Assembly (NCBI GenBank): GCA_029838215.1
Contig: JALGVI010000033.1
Location: 1 to 49,481 of the forward strand
Direction: 5' to 3'
Source: Candidatus Helarchaeota archaeon
Lineage (GTDB): Archaea; Asgardarchaeota; Lokiarchaeia; Helarchaeales; RDOG01
Length of the DNA stretch: 49,481 nucleotides
Shown here: positions 19,650-28,912 of the stretch, piece after piece
Layout of the letters: each line of letters starts with the position of its first letter
Numbering within the stretch: position 1 is the stretch's first letter
Position numbers and translations under genes: made by a program
Notes under the pieces: model-generated
Seen by the model: only the letters and a program-made list of their open reading frames with translations
What the model was told of the DNA's origin: nothing
The model's database searches: none

Positions 19650-20228
19650 TCAAGTCAGGATGAGAAAGTTTTGGATCATTTTCATTCCATGGGGTCTTGT
19701 CAAAATGGATTCGGGATGAAATTGGACACCTTCAATTCTAAATTTTTCATGCCTGATTCCCATTATCGTCCCATCATCCGCTTTTGCAGTTACTTCTAAT
19801 TCTATTGGGACGGCTCGTGCGGCAAGACTATGATATCGCGTGGCAGGAAACGGATTGGGAATATCTCGAAATATTGTTTCACCGTCGTGATGAATCATTG
19901 ATATCATACCGTGAACGGGTCCAACACGTGCTCGTTCAATAGTGCCACCAAACGCTTCTACAATTGCTTGAAGTCCCAGACATACGCCAAGAATTGGAAT
20001 ATTTTGTTTCGTTCCAAACTCCTTAATTATTTCGAGACAATTACCCGTATCGGAAGCAGGATGTCCTGGACCAGGGCTAATTACGATTCTATCGGGATCT
20101 ATTTCTCGGACTTCTTTAATTGAAATGGAATTATCCACAACAATGGTCTTGCAGTCATTTTGCAAGAAATAATCGACGATTATATAGACGAATGAATCAT
20201 GGTTATTGATAAAAAGGACTTTATTCAT
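19650..20228 (-). CDS. trpG: Anthranilate synthase component II
   Basis: NNHDSF, ISPGPGHP, LGVCLG, RYHSL, QFHPES; ATG at 20228 after GGAGG overlaps the trpE stop. Confidence 0.93.
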   Translation of the reverse strand: MNKVLFINNHDSFVYIIVDYFLQNDCKTIVVDNSISIKEVREIDPDRIVISPGPGHPASDTGNCLEIIKEFGTKQNIPILGVCLGLQAIVEAFGGTIERARVGPVHGMISMIHHDGETIFRDIPNPFPATRYHSLAARAVPIELEVTAKADDGTIMGIRHEKFRIEGVQFHPESILTRPHGMKMIQNFLILT

Positions 20229-21718
20229 TGAAATGCCTCCGCCATTCGAATCGATAGTAAAATTGATCTCATCTTGTTTCTCGTCTCGATCCACTCCAAG
20301 CGAGGAATTGAATCCTTAACAATTCCCCCGCCAGCTTGAACCGTGAGTTCCTTGTTATTCATAAAGATTGTTCTAATGGCAATTGCAAAGTCCGCATCAC
20401 CATTCAGACTGAAATAGCCGACGACACCTCCGTATGGTCCGCGAGACTCCCTTTCAACTTCGTTAATGATTTCCATTGCTCTCAATTTTGGTGCACCTGA
20501 GACAGTTCCTGCTGGAAACATTGACCTGAGGATTTCAACGCTCGATATATCACGCCTTTGCGACTCTAGATGAGTCACTAGGTGCATCAGATGTTTATAT
20601 TTTCTCACGACCTTGAAGTCTTTCGCAATGACAGTCCCCGATTTTGAAACTTTTGCCAGATCATTTCTTGCCAAATCCACGAGCATCACGTGTTCAGCTT
20701 GTTCTTTTGGATCTTGCGTTAATTCCCGAACCATCTTTTCTTCTTCTTCGGGCGTTTTTCCGCGCCTTCGCGTGCCCGCGATTGGAACCGTTCGTACGTG
20801 TTCATTATCCATGCTAACTAAGGCTTCAGGAGAGCTACCAAGTATGCGAATGTCCTTGAAGTTCAAATAATACATGTATGGGCTGGGATTCAGGAGTCGT
20901 AATGCCCCATAGATATCCAAATCATCTGCAGAAGAACATATCTTGATTTTACGTGAAATAACCGCTTGAATGATATCACCAGAAAATATGTGTTCTCGTG
21001 TTTTCTCAATCATTTCAGAATATTTTTCAAACGGAACTGTAGATTTGTACTCTTCAGTTTCATTGAGTGATAGCTCGGGATATTTCTTCATTGGATGCCG
21101 ATGGTATTTCTTAATGCTCTTTATTAACTCAATTGGACGTTCGTAGCCATTTTCGCCTTCAAGAGTGTTATCAATGGAAAACAATTGTCCCGTCTTATGA
21201 TTGTAGATCAAGACTTTGGAATGCAATCCCAGTAAAACATCAGGATAGGATGATTTTGAATTGAATTTGACCCACGAAGCGACCGAGTCATAACCGATAT
21301 AGCCTAAATAGCCCCCATAGAACACGTTTCTTGGAAAAATCTCTCTAAATGCGTTCTTATTAAAAAACACGTATTTTTGGAGCTCATCGAATGCCTTCAT
21401 GTCATACTTGACTTGATCATTAAACGATCCATTGCTTTCGATGAAAGGTTTCGTCTCAGTAGAATTTATTTCTTCCAAAATTTTCTCGCCTCTTTCAGAA
21501 AGCACCGTGCGAATTTTTGATTTGCCGTTCTTGATTTCCAAAATAAAATCAGGTTCGAGGCAAATGAAACTATATAGAGTCTCCCGAGTCTCTTCTTGTA
21601 CTGATTCGAGCAGGAAGCTATATTCTACCTCTAAATCAGAAATGAGGTGGTTGAATAAGTTAAATATATCGTATTTCTGTCCAAGCAATTCTAAATGAAA
21701 ATTAAAATTCATTAACAT
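20225..21718 (-). CDS. trpE: Anthranilate synthase component I
   Basis: FLLES, NPSPYM, SSPE, PIAGTRRRG, EHVMLVDLARNDL, FPAGTVSGAPK, AGGGIV; ATG at 21718 after GGGAGG. Confidence 0.94.
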   Translation of the reverse strand: MLMNFNFHLELLGQKYDIFNLFNHLISDLEVEYSFLLESVQEETRETLYSFICLEPDFILEIKNGKSKIRTVLSERGEKILEEINSTETKPFIESNGSFNDQVKYDMKAFDELQKYVFFNKNAFREIFPRNVFYGGYLGYIGYDSVASWVKFNSKSSYPDVLLGLHSKVLIYNHKTGQLFSIDNTLEGENGYERPIELIKSIKKYHRHPMKKYPELSLNETEEYKSTVPFEKYSEMIEKTREHIFSGDIIQAVISRKIKICSSADDLDIYGALRLLNPSPYMYYLNFKDIRILGSSPEALVSMDNEHVRTVPIAGTRRRGKTPEEEEKMVRELTQDPKEQAEHVMLVDLARNDLAKVSKSGTVIAKDFKVVRKYKHLMHLVTHLESQRRDISSVEILRSMFPAGTVSGAPKLRAMEIINEVERESRGPYGGVVGYFSLNGDADFAIAIRTIFMNNKELTVQAGGGIVKDSIPRLEWIETRNKMRSILLSIRMAEAFQ

Positions 21719-22526
21719 GTCCTCCCATTTTCGTGGCATTTTTAAGTTTTCGTGTAAGATCTCCGATTTCACCAAGCATCTTATCGGGTTTCTTGAGATT
21801 TTCTTCAATTTTCTTTATTATGGCCGAGCCAACGATTACACCTGCCGCACCCGCTTTAATTAATTCCTTCACGTGCAACGGTGAACTGATCCCAAACCCG
21901 GGCATGATAGGTATTTCTGACATCGTCGTGAATCGCAACAAATTCTTTAACGTGGATGTTTCAACTTTCTTCCGAGCTCCTGTTGTCCCATAAGTAGAGA
22001 CAAAATATAGAAAACCCCTGGCGTTCTCAATTATTTTTGTGAGCCTTGTTTCGGATGTATTGGGAGCGATAAAAAGAATCAAATTAACGTTGTTTTTCAA
22101 GCATTCTTGGATAACAGGAGCAGCTTCTTCAATTGGCAAGTCAGGGATGACGATTCCCTGAACGTGGTTATCCTTGCAATTCTTGAAAAAAGCCTCAAGC
22201 GGATATTGAAGGACTATGTTGTAATATGTTAAAAATAAGATGGGGATCGATGAAAATTGGCGGATTTCTTTCACCATTGAGAATGCGATATCTGTATTCA
22301 TGCCCATTTCTAAGGCCCTTTGCGAGCTCATCTGAATTGTCTTTCCGTCTGCAATTGGATCTGAAAATGGAATTCCCAGTTCCATGAAATCAGCACCATT
22401 TTCAATCAACGTTTTGATGATTTCGATGCTCAAAGTTCTATTCGGATCTCCCAGCGTTACAAAAGGCATGAAAGCGCCTTCTTTATTTTTCTTTAATTGT
22501 TTGAATACCTCTGAGATTGTATTCAT
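21702..22526 (-). CDS. trpA: Tryptophan synthase alpha chain
   Basis: [43 protein letters not shown]. Confidence 0.95.
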   Translation of the reverse strand: MNTISEVFKQLKKNKEGAFMPFVTLGDPNRTLSIEIIKTLIENGADFMELGIPFSDPIADGKTIQMSSQRALEMGMNTDIAFSMVKEIRQFSSIPILFLTYYNIVLQYPLEAFFKNCKDNHVQGIVIPDLPIEEAAPVIQECLKNNVNLILFIAPNTSETRLTKIIENARGFLYFVSTYGTTGARKKVETSTLKNLLRFTTMSEIPIMPGFGISSPLHVKELIKAGAAGVIVGSAIIKKIEENLKKPDKMLGEIGDLTRKLKNATKMGGHVNEF

Positions 22527-23737
22527 ATATCAAAGCCTCCCAATCTCTCTTTGATAATCTGCAGGTCTTTTCCTCCTGCACCGGAAAGGTTTACCACAAC
22601 AATGTCGTCTTCTCGAAATTCTTGCACGGCGATCTTAAATAAATATGCTAATGCATGACTGGGTTCTAACGCAGGAATTATGCCTTCAGTTCGGGATAAT
22701 TCTAGAAATGCATTAAGTGCTTCAACATCCGTGACGGAACCAACCCGTAACCGTTTAATTTCTTTTAGAAATGCATGTTCAGGTCCTACTCCAGGGTAAT
22801 CCAATCCCGCACTAATACTATAACTTGTTTTTATCTGTCCGTATCTATCTTGCTGGAGATGTGTGTGCGCTCCGTGGAACACGCCCTTTGAATCATTACC
22901 GAGGCTTATTGCGTGTTTTTTTGTTTCTTTTCCTTTTCCTGCTGCTTCTACAGCGTGTAATTCAACAGAAACATCTTCAATAAATTCATAGAATGCTCCG
23001 ATAGCATTACTTCCTCCTCCAACGCAGGCAATGATTGCTGACGGAAGACGTCCTTCTTTTTCCATTATTTGAACTTTGATTTCCTTGCCAATTATTTTTT
23101 GAAATTCTCGCACGATGAGTGGATAAGGATGTGGTCCGACGACAGAGCCAATCAAATAATAGGTGGATGACAAGTTCGTAATCCAATCCCTGAGAGCTTC
23201 ATTAATGGCATCCTTTAGAGTTTTACTTCCAGAATCCACCGGTTTGATTTCAGCTCCTAGTAGTTTCATTCGAAATACGTTGTGTTTCTGTCGCTCTATG
23301 TCCTCCCTTCCCATGTAAACCTCAGTTTTCATCCCTAATAATGCTCCTGCGATGGCAGTTGCAAAACCGTGTTGTCCTGCACCAGTTTCCGCGATCAATC
23401 GTGTTTTTTTCATGTGCTTGCAAAGCAATGCCTGACCAAGAGTATTGTTGATCTTATGTGCACCACCATGAAGAAGGTCCTCTCGCTTCAGATAGACCTT
23501 GCATCCCAATTTCGTGCTCAAGTTTTTGGCAAAGTATAAGGGCGTGGGACGCCCTGCAAAATCTCGTAAGAGAAGTTTCAATTCAGCTTGGAATTCATTC
23601 GTATCTTTTATTTCGTTGAATGATTTTTCAAGCTCTTGAAGTGCAGGCATCAATATCTCTGGAACGAACTTGCCTCCGAAACGCCCATATTTGCCATTTT
23701 CATCGGGGTATTTCATTTTATAATCTTTAACTGACAT
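22523..23737 (-). CDS. trpB: Tryptophan synthase beta chain (TrpB1)
   Basis: [18 protein letters not shown] lysine, [28 protein letters not shown]. Confidence 0.96.
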   Translation of the reverse strand: MSVKDYKMKYPDENGKYGRFGGKFVPEILMPALQELEKSFNEIKDTNEFQAELKLLLRDFAGRPTPLYFAKNLSTKLGCKVYLKREDLLHGGAHKINNTLGQALLCKHMKKTRLIAETGAGQHGFATAIAGALLGMKTEVYMGREDIERQKHNVFRMKLLGAEIKPVDSGSKTLKDAINEALRDWITNLSSTYYLIGSVVGPHPYPLIVREFQKIIGKEIKVQIMEKEGRLPSAIIACVGGGSNAIGAFYEFIEDVSVELHAVEAAGKGKETKKHAISLGNDSKGVFHGAHTHLQQDRYGQIKTSYSISAGLDYPGVGPEHAFLKEIKRLRVGSVTDVEALNAFLELSRTEGIIPALEPSHALAYLFKIAVQEFREDDIVVVNLSGAGGKDLQIIKERLGGFDI

Positions 23738-23738
23738 T

Positions 23739-24410
23739 TTAAACCTCTCTGGAATTTTTTATGAATTCTTTAATTAAATCAATATCTTTCACGCCAGGAG
23801 CTGATTCCACGCCACTTGAAACGTCAACTGCAAACGGTTGAACTGTCTCGATTGCATTCCTAACATTTTCGGGCGTCAATCCTCCTGACAAGATTAATGG
23901 AACGTTAATCGATTCTCGGACTTTTTTTGCAATGGACCAATCATGAACGACTCCTGATCCGCCGATGGTCTTAGCCGAGTAGCTATCGATTAGAAGTGCA
24001 TCACAATATTTAGTCAATACTTGACTTGCAAATATTGGATCCTTATCAATCAAGCGCGAATTACCGCTTTCATCAATGGGCAATGCCAAAACCAATTTTG
24101 TCTTGATTATTCTGCGTAATTCTTTGAAAAAGGACTCTTTCTCCAGGGCATGAACTTGAAGAACATCAGGTCGGAGTTTTTCTTCCAAGGATAGTGCATC
24201 CACGATGGTTTCGGGAACGGTCACGCATACGTGAGAAATGAATGGTGGAATAGATCTGCGAATAGACAAGGCATGTTGAATAGAGATGCTCCGAGCAGAT
24301 CTGGGCACGTTTACTACCGTTCCTATGGCATCTACACCTTGATAAACGATTTGTTCTATGTGTTTTGAGTCCTTTAATCCGCATATTTTAATTTTAGTCA
24401 TTTTTAACAC
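23739..24410 (-). CDS. trpF: Phosphoribosylanthranilate isomerase
   Basis: [31 protein letters not shown]. Confidence 0.93.
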   Translation of the reverse strand: MLKMTKIKICGLKDSKHIEQIVYQGVDAIGTVVNVPRSARSISIQHALSIRRSIPPFISHVCVTVPETIVDALSLEEKLRPDVLQVHALEKESFFKELRRIIKTKLVLALPIDESGNSRLIDKDPIFASQVLTKYCDALLIDSYSAKTIGGSGVVHDWSIAKKVRESINVPLILSGGLTPENVRNAIETVQPFAVDVSSGVESAPGVKDIDLIKEFIKNSREV

Positions 24411-25176
24411 CTCTTAATTCTTGAATTGTTGAAGCAATCCGTGGAGACTGCATGATGTAAGTGCCTACTAGTACGGCATTAGCGCCTGCCGCTTGAACAC
24501 GCTCAACATCGGTCCGAGATTTAATACCGCTTTCACTAATGATCATGCAATTTGGGAATTCTTTTCTTAGAATAGGGGCAAGTTTTTCGGTATTTTTTAG
24601 ATCAATAGAAAAATTGGTTAAATTCCGGTTATTAATTCCCACGATTTTCAGATTAAATCCTCTAATTTTTTCGATATCAGTTTCATCGTGAATCTCAACC
24701 AGTGATTCGAGGTTTAATTTCTCATTTATTTTGAGAAAACGTGAGATCTCACCCTTATTTAGAACTGAAGCAATTAACAATACCATGTTAGCTCCAATAT
24801 CGGCGGCGAAATTTAGCTGGCTTTCATGAATGAAAAAATCTTTCATTAAAATTGGGAGATTCGTGACTTTTTTGATAGCAGGGATGAAGTCAGGAGATCC
24901 CTTGAAAAATTCCGGTTCGGTTAGTATGCTTAAACCAATTGCACCTCCCGTTTCCATCTCCTTAATGAGATCAATTATCGTGACATTTTCTCGAATATCA
25001 CCCATTGAAGGCGAAGCAAATTTCAATTCGGATATGATTGAAATGTTCTTGTTTCGTTTAATGGAATCATGGAACAGATTTTTTTCATTTGGAATGAATT
25101 TTGGTTGAGAATATTTTCGTTTAATATTGTTTATTGAAATAGACCTTTTTTGAACGATTTCATCTAAAATATTCAC
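24394..25176 (-). CDS. trpC: Indole-3-glycerol phosphate synthase
   Basis: ELKFASPS, SILTEPEFFKG, PILMKDF, GINNRNL, SESGI. Confidence 0.94.
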   Translation of the reverse strand: MNILDEIVQKRSISINNIKRKYSQPKFIPNEKNLFHDSIKRNKNISIISELKFASPSMGDIRENVTIIDLIKEMETGGAIGLSILTEPEFFKGSPDFIPAIKKVTNLPILMKDFFIHESQLNFAADIGANMVLLIASVLNKGEISRFLKINEKLNLESLVEIHDETDIEKIRGFNLKIVGINNRNLTNFSIDLKNTEKLAPILRKEFPNCMIISESGIKSRTDVERVQAAGANAVLVGTYIMQSPRIASTIQELRGVKND

Positions 25177-26237
25177 GTATTGTCCTCCAGTTTTTCGAAT
25201 ATTGTTTTATTTCCCCCCGAGGTCTCAACCAGATTTCTTAAGACCTCGTGTGGTTTTCCTGTATTAATAACATCTCTTGCAAGTTCGACACCATCCTTAA
25301 GAGCATCAACTTTACTTGCCACGTAAAGACCTGCTGCGGCATTCATTAACACGATATCCATTTTTGGAGATTTTTCTCCATTCAGGATGGATAAACTTAT
25401 TTGAATATTCTTTTCAACGGTTCCGCCTTTGATATCTCCAATGGTTGCTTTCGTGAGACCAAAATCCTCGACTTGAACTACGTAATTACGAACACCTCCA
25501 TTCTCAAGCTCAGACACAAACGTTCGTCCTATATTAGAAAATTCATCCAGACCGGGCATTCCATGAAATGTCAAGGCACGTTTGATTCCCAAAAGCTTCA
25601 AAGTTTGTGCTATTTTTTCGGTCAAATCCGGTGAATAAATTCCGACAATCTGAGCTTTGGCTTCTGCGGGATTGGTCAAGGGACCTAAGATATTGAAAAC
25701 TGTTCTAATTCCCAATTCTTTCCTGGGTCCTAACGCGTGTTTCATTGCGGGATGGAAGACGGGTGCAAACATGAAACCGATTCCAACTTTTTCGATGCAT
25801 TTTTTCACGATTTCTGGTTGGGCATTTATGTTGACTCCAAACCCTTCAAGTAAATCAGCACTCCCGCAAGTGCTGGTTATCGAACGATTTCCGTGTTTTG
25901 CAACACGAACGCCGGCCGCTGCCAGAACCAATGCTGATAGCGTACTGATGTTGAATGTTTTAATGGCATCCCCTCCCGTTCCACACGTATCGACCATGAT
26001 ATCATTTTTAGGAATTTCTGGAGAGACTTTCTTGCTAAATGCACGCATTACTTTAGCAAATGCCGCGATTTCACTCGGTTTTTCACCTTTCAATCGCAAT
26101 CCGGCTAAAAAAGCACCAATCTGAGCTGGTGTCGTCATACCACTCATGATTAATTCCATTGCCTTTGCTGCGGACCTATCATCCAAGTCCTTGTTCAAGG
26201 TTATTATTTTCAAGATCTTTTTCATTTCTTCAGACAA
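25173..26237 (-). CDS. trpD: Anthranilate phosphoribosyltransferase
   Basis: DTCGTGGD, FNIST, KHGNRS, GSADLLE, RTVFNILGPL; start placed at TTG 26237 after GAGGTG (ATG 26225 is the alternative). Confidence 0.94.
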   Translation of the reverse strand: MSEEMKKILKIITLNKDLDDRSAAKAMELIMSGMTTPAQIGAFLAGLRLKGEKPSEIAAFAKVMRAFSKKVSPEIPKNDIMVDTCGTGGDAIKTFNISTLSALVLAAAGVRVAKHGNRSITSTCGSADLLEGFGVNINAQPEIVKKCIEKVGIGFMFAPVFHPAMKHALGPRKELGIRTVFNILGPLTNPAEAKAQIVGIYSPDLTEKIAQTLKLLGIKRALTFHGMPGLDEFSNIGRTFVSELENGGVRNYVVQVEDFGLTKATIGDIKGGTVEKNIQISLSILNGEKSPKMDIVLMNAAAGLYVASKVDALKDGVELARDVINTGKPHEVLRNLVETSGGNKTIFEKLEDNT

Positions 26238-26314
26238 AATTATCACCTCATTTGAATTTTTAAAATAAATAAAAGAAAAATAAAAAGACGTGAATTGACC
26301 AGTGCAAGATACGC

Positions 26315-26461
26315 TTAATTGCGCCAGCACCAAGGCCACTCAAGACTAATTAGAAAAAAAGGAACATTAAGACTGTTACGGGGAACAATCTCACAAAAAT
26401 TTGTTTGAAAATCCAAAATTAAATCGCTTGACTCGAAAAATAAATCTTGACCTGCATCCAT
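26315..26461 (-). promoter_or_regulatory. Putative Trp-rich leader ORF of the trp operon
   Basis: Hand translation: MDAGQDLFFESSDLILDFQTNFCEIVPRNSLNVPFFLISLEWPWCWRN*; TGG-CCT-TGG-TGC-TGG at 26338..26324, followed by a U-tract at 26286..26262. Confidence 0.6.
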
Positions 26462-26878
26462 CTCTACAAGAAGTTCTCCATTGTAGGAAATTAATTCCAG
26501 TCCAAGTGTCAGGCCTCGATAACATTTTTTCGGTTTTATAAAGTCTAAATCAAGATGGTATATTTAAATTTCTAGGCAATTTTAAATTTTGAAATACTTG
26601 AAAGTCAGAAGTTGGATTTTAAATCAGAACCTGAAGATCTTGGAGAATGAAATCAAATCAATAGAGAAAAAGGACTTTACTAAGGTTTCCATATCATGAA
26701 TGATGAATAAAAGGATTCTCAGTGCATTTTAAGCTTGAAGTATGAGATCGTAAATTTTTTTGCATCCATTCGGGTCTTCAGTTTCTAGAATTCCGAGAAT
26801 TTAAACCTGAAGATTTATATCCTAATGAATTTTATAAATTTGATAGATCATATTAAACTTGGGGATTTAATCAAACAA

Positions 26879-26918
26879 AGTAGACTAATGCGGGACACGT
26901 AGGGGGACCACGTCTACT
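26879..26918. other. GC-rich stem-loop in AT-rich intergenic DNA
   Basis: AGTAGAC (26879-26885) / GTCTACT (26912-26918) inverted repeat with T-rich sequence downstream on both strands. Confidence 0.4.
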
Positions 26919-27054
26919 CTTTTTAATAAATTTTAAGACTCGTGAGAAAAACCAGTAAATCAAGATGGAATGGAATTTTTATCGAATTAATTCATCATGT
27001 TATTGAATTAAAATTGCCCAGATTTTAAAAAAGAAGGAATTTAAAGAAATTTTG

Positions 27055-28803
27055 TTAAGAGATCATCGGCAGACCAAATGGAAAGAAATTGATCATCATC
27101 CAAGCATAAAAAATGCTCAGAAACATGGTTGATCCGAGAATATTCCGTCCTGAATACATGTAAATCCAAGTTACCAAGATCTGCTGGATTATTGAAAAAA
27201 TCATGACCACCGTCAGAGTTAGTGCCAAAAATCCAATTAAAGGACCTTTTGCCCAAGTTAGGATAGTTAATGGAATGATCAGTGCATTATCCACTAAAAT
27301 TCCAATGCCTACCATCGAGAAATATTCCTTGAATCGGTTTTTGTATTTCAGCTGTCCTTGAATGGACCTTAAACAAAACTCCTTTATAAAAAGCCACGGA
27401 AACATCATGATAACTAATCCAAAAATCGTTCCAATTTCTCGTGTCGTTGGGACTGTAGTGATTGTACTCCATGTCGTTATTGCTGTTATTGAGAACGTGA
27501 ATATTAATGCGGCACCCACACCAAAGAGCATTGCTCGTCCATAATTCTCCGTACATAGTTCTTTCATCTTTGTTGGGATTTCCGAGAATCCGAGTGATTC
27601 ATTCTTTCGGTTTACGAGATAATAACCGAGAATCCCACCGAGAGCAACAGCAATTAGCTGGGCATACAAAAATTGACCCATAGAAATCGTTAAGACCGTG
27701 GATAAAAGAATGCTAAGCGGCAAAAAGAGTCCTGCAAATCCTATTGTTGTGCCGAGAATATAATAGACTACCATTTTCAGAGCAGATGCATCTTGTACCA
27801 AATTTTTTTGGTCATTCCAATCTTGATTCTTCCAAATCTGATCCCGAAGGTAAAGAATTAGCACGAAACAAAAAGCAATTACTCCCATAAGTGTGATGGC
27901 AAATGAAAGAATGTTGAGAGTCGATGTGAGAATTATCGGACTTGAAATGGTACCATTAAAGGCGAGTTCAAACCAAATTACTGTTTCATGGATAATAAGT
28001 AAGTCAAGTGGTTCAAATAAGTGCTCTGTCCCTCCAGCAATGGCTTTACAAGCATTTCCTGCGGCAAAGCTCCCATATTGTTGCCAAAGACTAACCTGAG
28101 TGAGATTTGTATATTGTCGCAAGAAATTCAAAGAGATATCGACCGAAAACATTTGTTCAAATAATCCATTTGCGATCAAGAGATTTGAGACGCGAGAGAG
28201 ATTCACTTCTGCGGTTTCGGCTCCTGCCAAAGCCCCCCGTATGCCCGAGCTAAAATCACGAGACATTCCTAAGACAACGGTGGCATTTATCAGATTCGTA
28301 TAGTCATCGGCTGTTGTTAGAACAGTCATCGCACCCATTGAATGACCTAGCAAGCCTATTTTATCAATATTCCCAAGAGATTGGAGATATTGGACTGCTG
28401 CCATTATATCATTCTCAATTGTCTGGACCATGTTGGGATCCATGAATGACGGAAGAAATCCTCCAGAACTGCCGTGACCTCTAAATTCGATATTTACGAC
28501 CACGAAACCACGTTTGACCAATTCAATGGCAATCAATTGCATGTGATGAGCATTTTCAGTGAATCCGTGTCCAATAACAACACCCGGGCGATTACCAGTA
28601 GCAGTCAACGGATTATACACGTATGTCATTATCGGAACATCATCTTCAGTCAACAGGATTACCGGCGTGATGGTATATGAATGAGTCGGATCGGGGCAGA
28701 AGTTAAAAATAATCAAAGGAATAAGTCCAGTAACGATCACGATAGCAGATAGCAGAAGTCCTGTCCTTTTTTTATTCGATGACAAGAATTTTCTAACATC
28801 CAT
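27055..28803 (-). CDS. Alpha/beta hydrolase with N-terminal TM and multi-pass C-terminal membrane domain
   Basis: VIGHGF, FRGHGSSG, GHSMG nucleophile elbow, TEHLFE; many C-terminal hydrophobic helices. Confidence 0.85.
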   Translation of the reverse strand: MDVRKFLSSNKKRTGLLLSAIVIVTGLIPLIIFNFCPDPTHSYTITPVILLTEDDVPIMTYVYNPLTATGNRPGVVIGHGFTENAHHMQLIAIELVKRGFVVVNIEFRGHGSSGGFLPSFMDPNMVQTIENDIMAAVQYLQSLGNIDKIGLLGHSMGAMTVLTTADDYTNLINATVVLGMSRDFSSGIRGALAGAETAEVNLSRVSNLLIANGLFEQMFSVDISLNFLRQYTNLTQVSLWQQYGSFAAGNACKAIAGGTEHLFEPLDLLIIHETVIWFELAFNGTISSPIILTSTLNILSFAITLMGVIAFCFVLILYLRDQIWKNQDWNDQKNLVQDASALKMVVYYILGTTIGFAGLFLPLSILLSTVLTISMGQFLYAQLIAVALGGILGYYLVNRKNESLGFSEIPTKMKELCTENYGRAMLFGVGAALIFTFSITAITTWSTITTVPTTREIGTIFGLVIMMFPWLFIKEFCLRSIQGQLKYKNRFKEYFSMVGIGILVDNALIIPLTILTWAKGPLIGFLALTLTVVMIFSIIQQILVTWIYMYSGRNILGSTMFLSIFYAWMMINFFPFGLPMIS

Positions 28804-28912
28804 CGCAATATCACGACCATTTTCTTTTTGCGATAATGGATTACGAAAATATCTCTTTTATAGATATATAAAATGATCTTCCCAATAAAAAAAGGAGAGA
28901 GAAAATCTATTC

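Noticed and set aside
26238-26339. 34-aa N-terminal extension of TrpD given by the track
   Set aside because: It runs through the U-tract and leader; a good SD (GAGGTG) precedes TTG 26237.
26780-26910. TPP riboswitch (AACCTGA and TAATG...CGTAGGG look-alikes)
   Set aside because: No CUGAGA motif, wrong spacing, and no downstream gene on that strand.
26560-27040. Decayed gene or repeat array (TAAATCAAGATGG twice, AACCTGAAGAT twice)
   Set aside because: The repeats are short, irregularly spaced and plausible by chance in AT-rich DNA; open frames are short.
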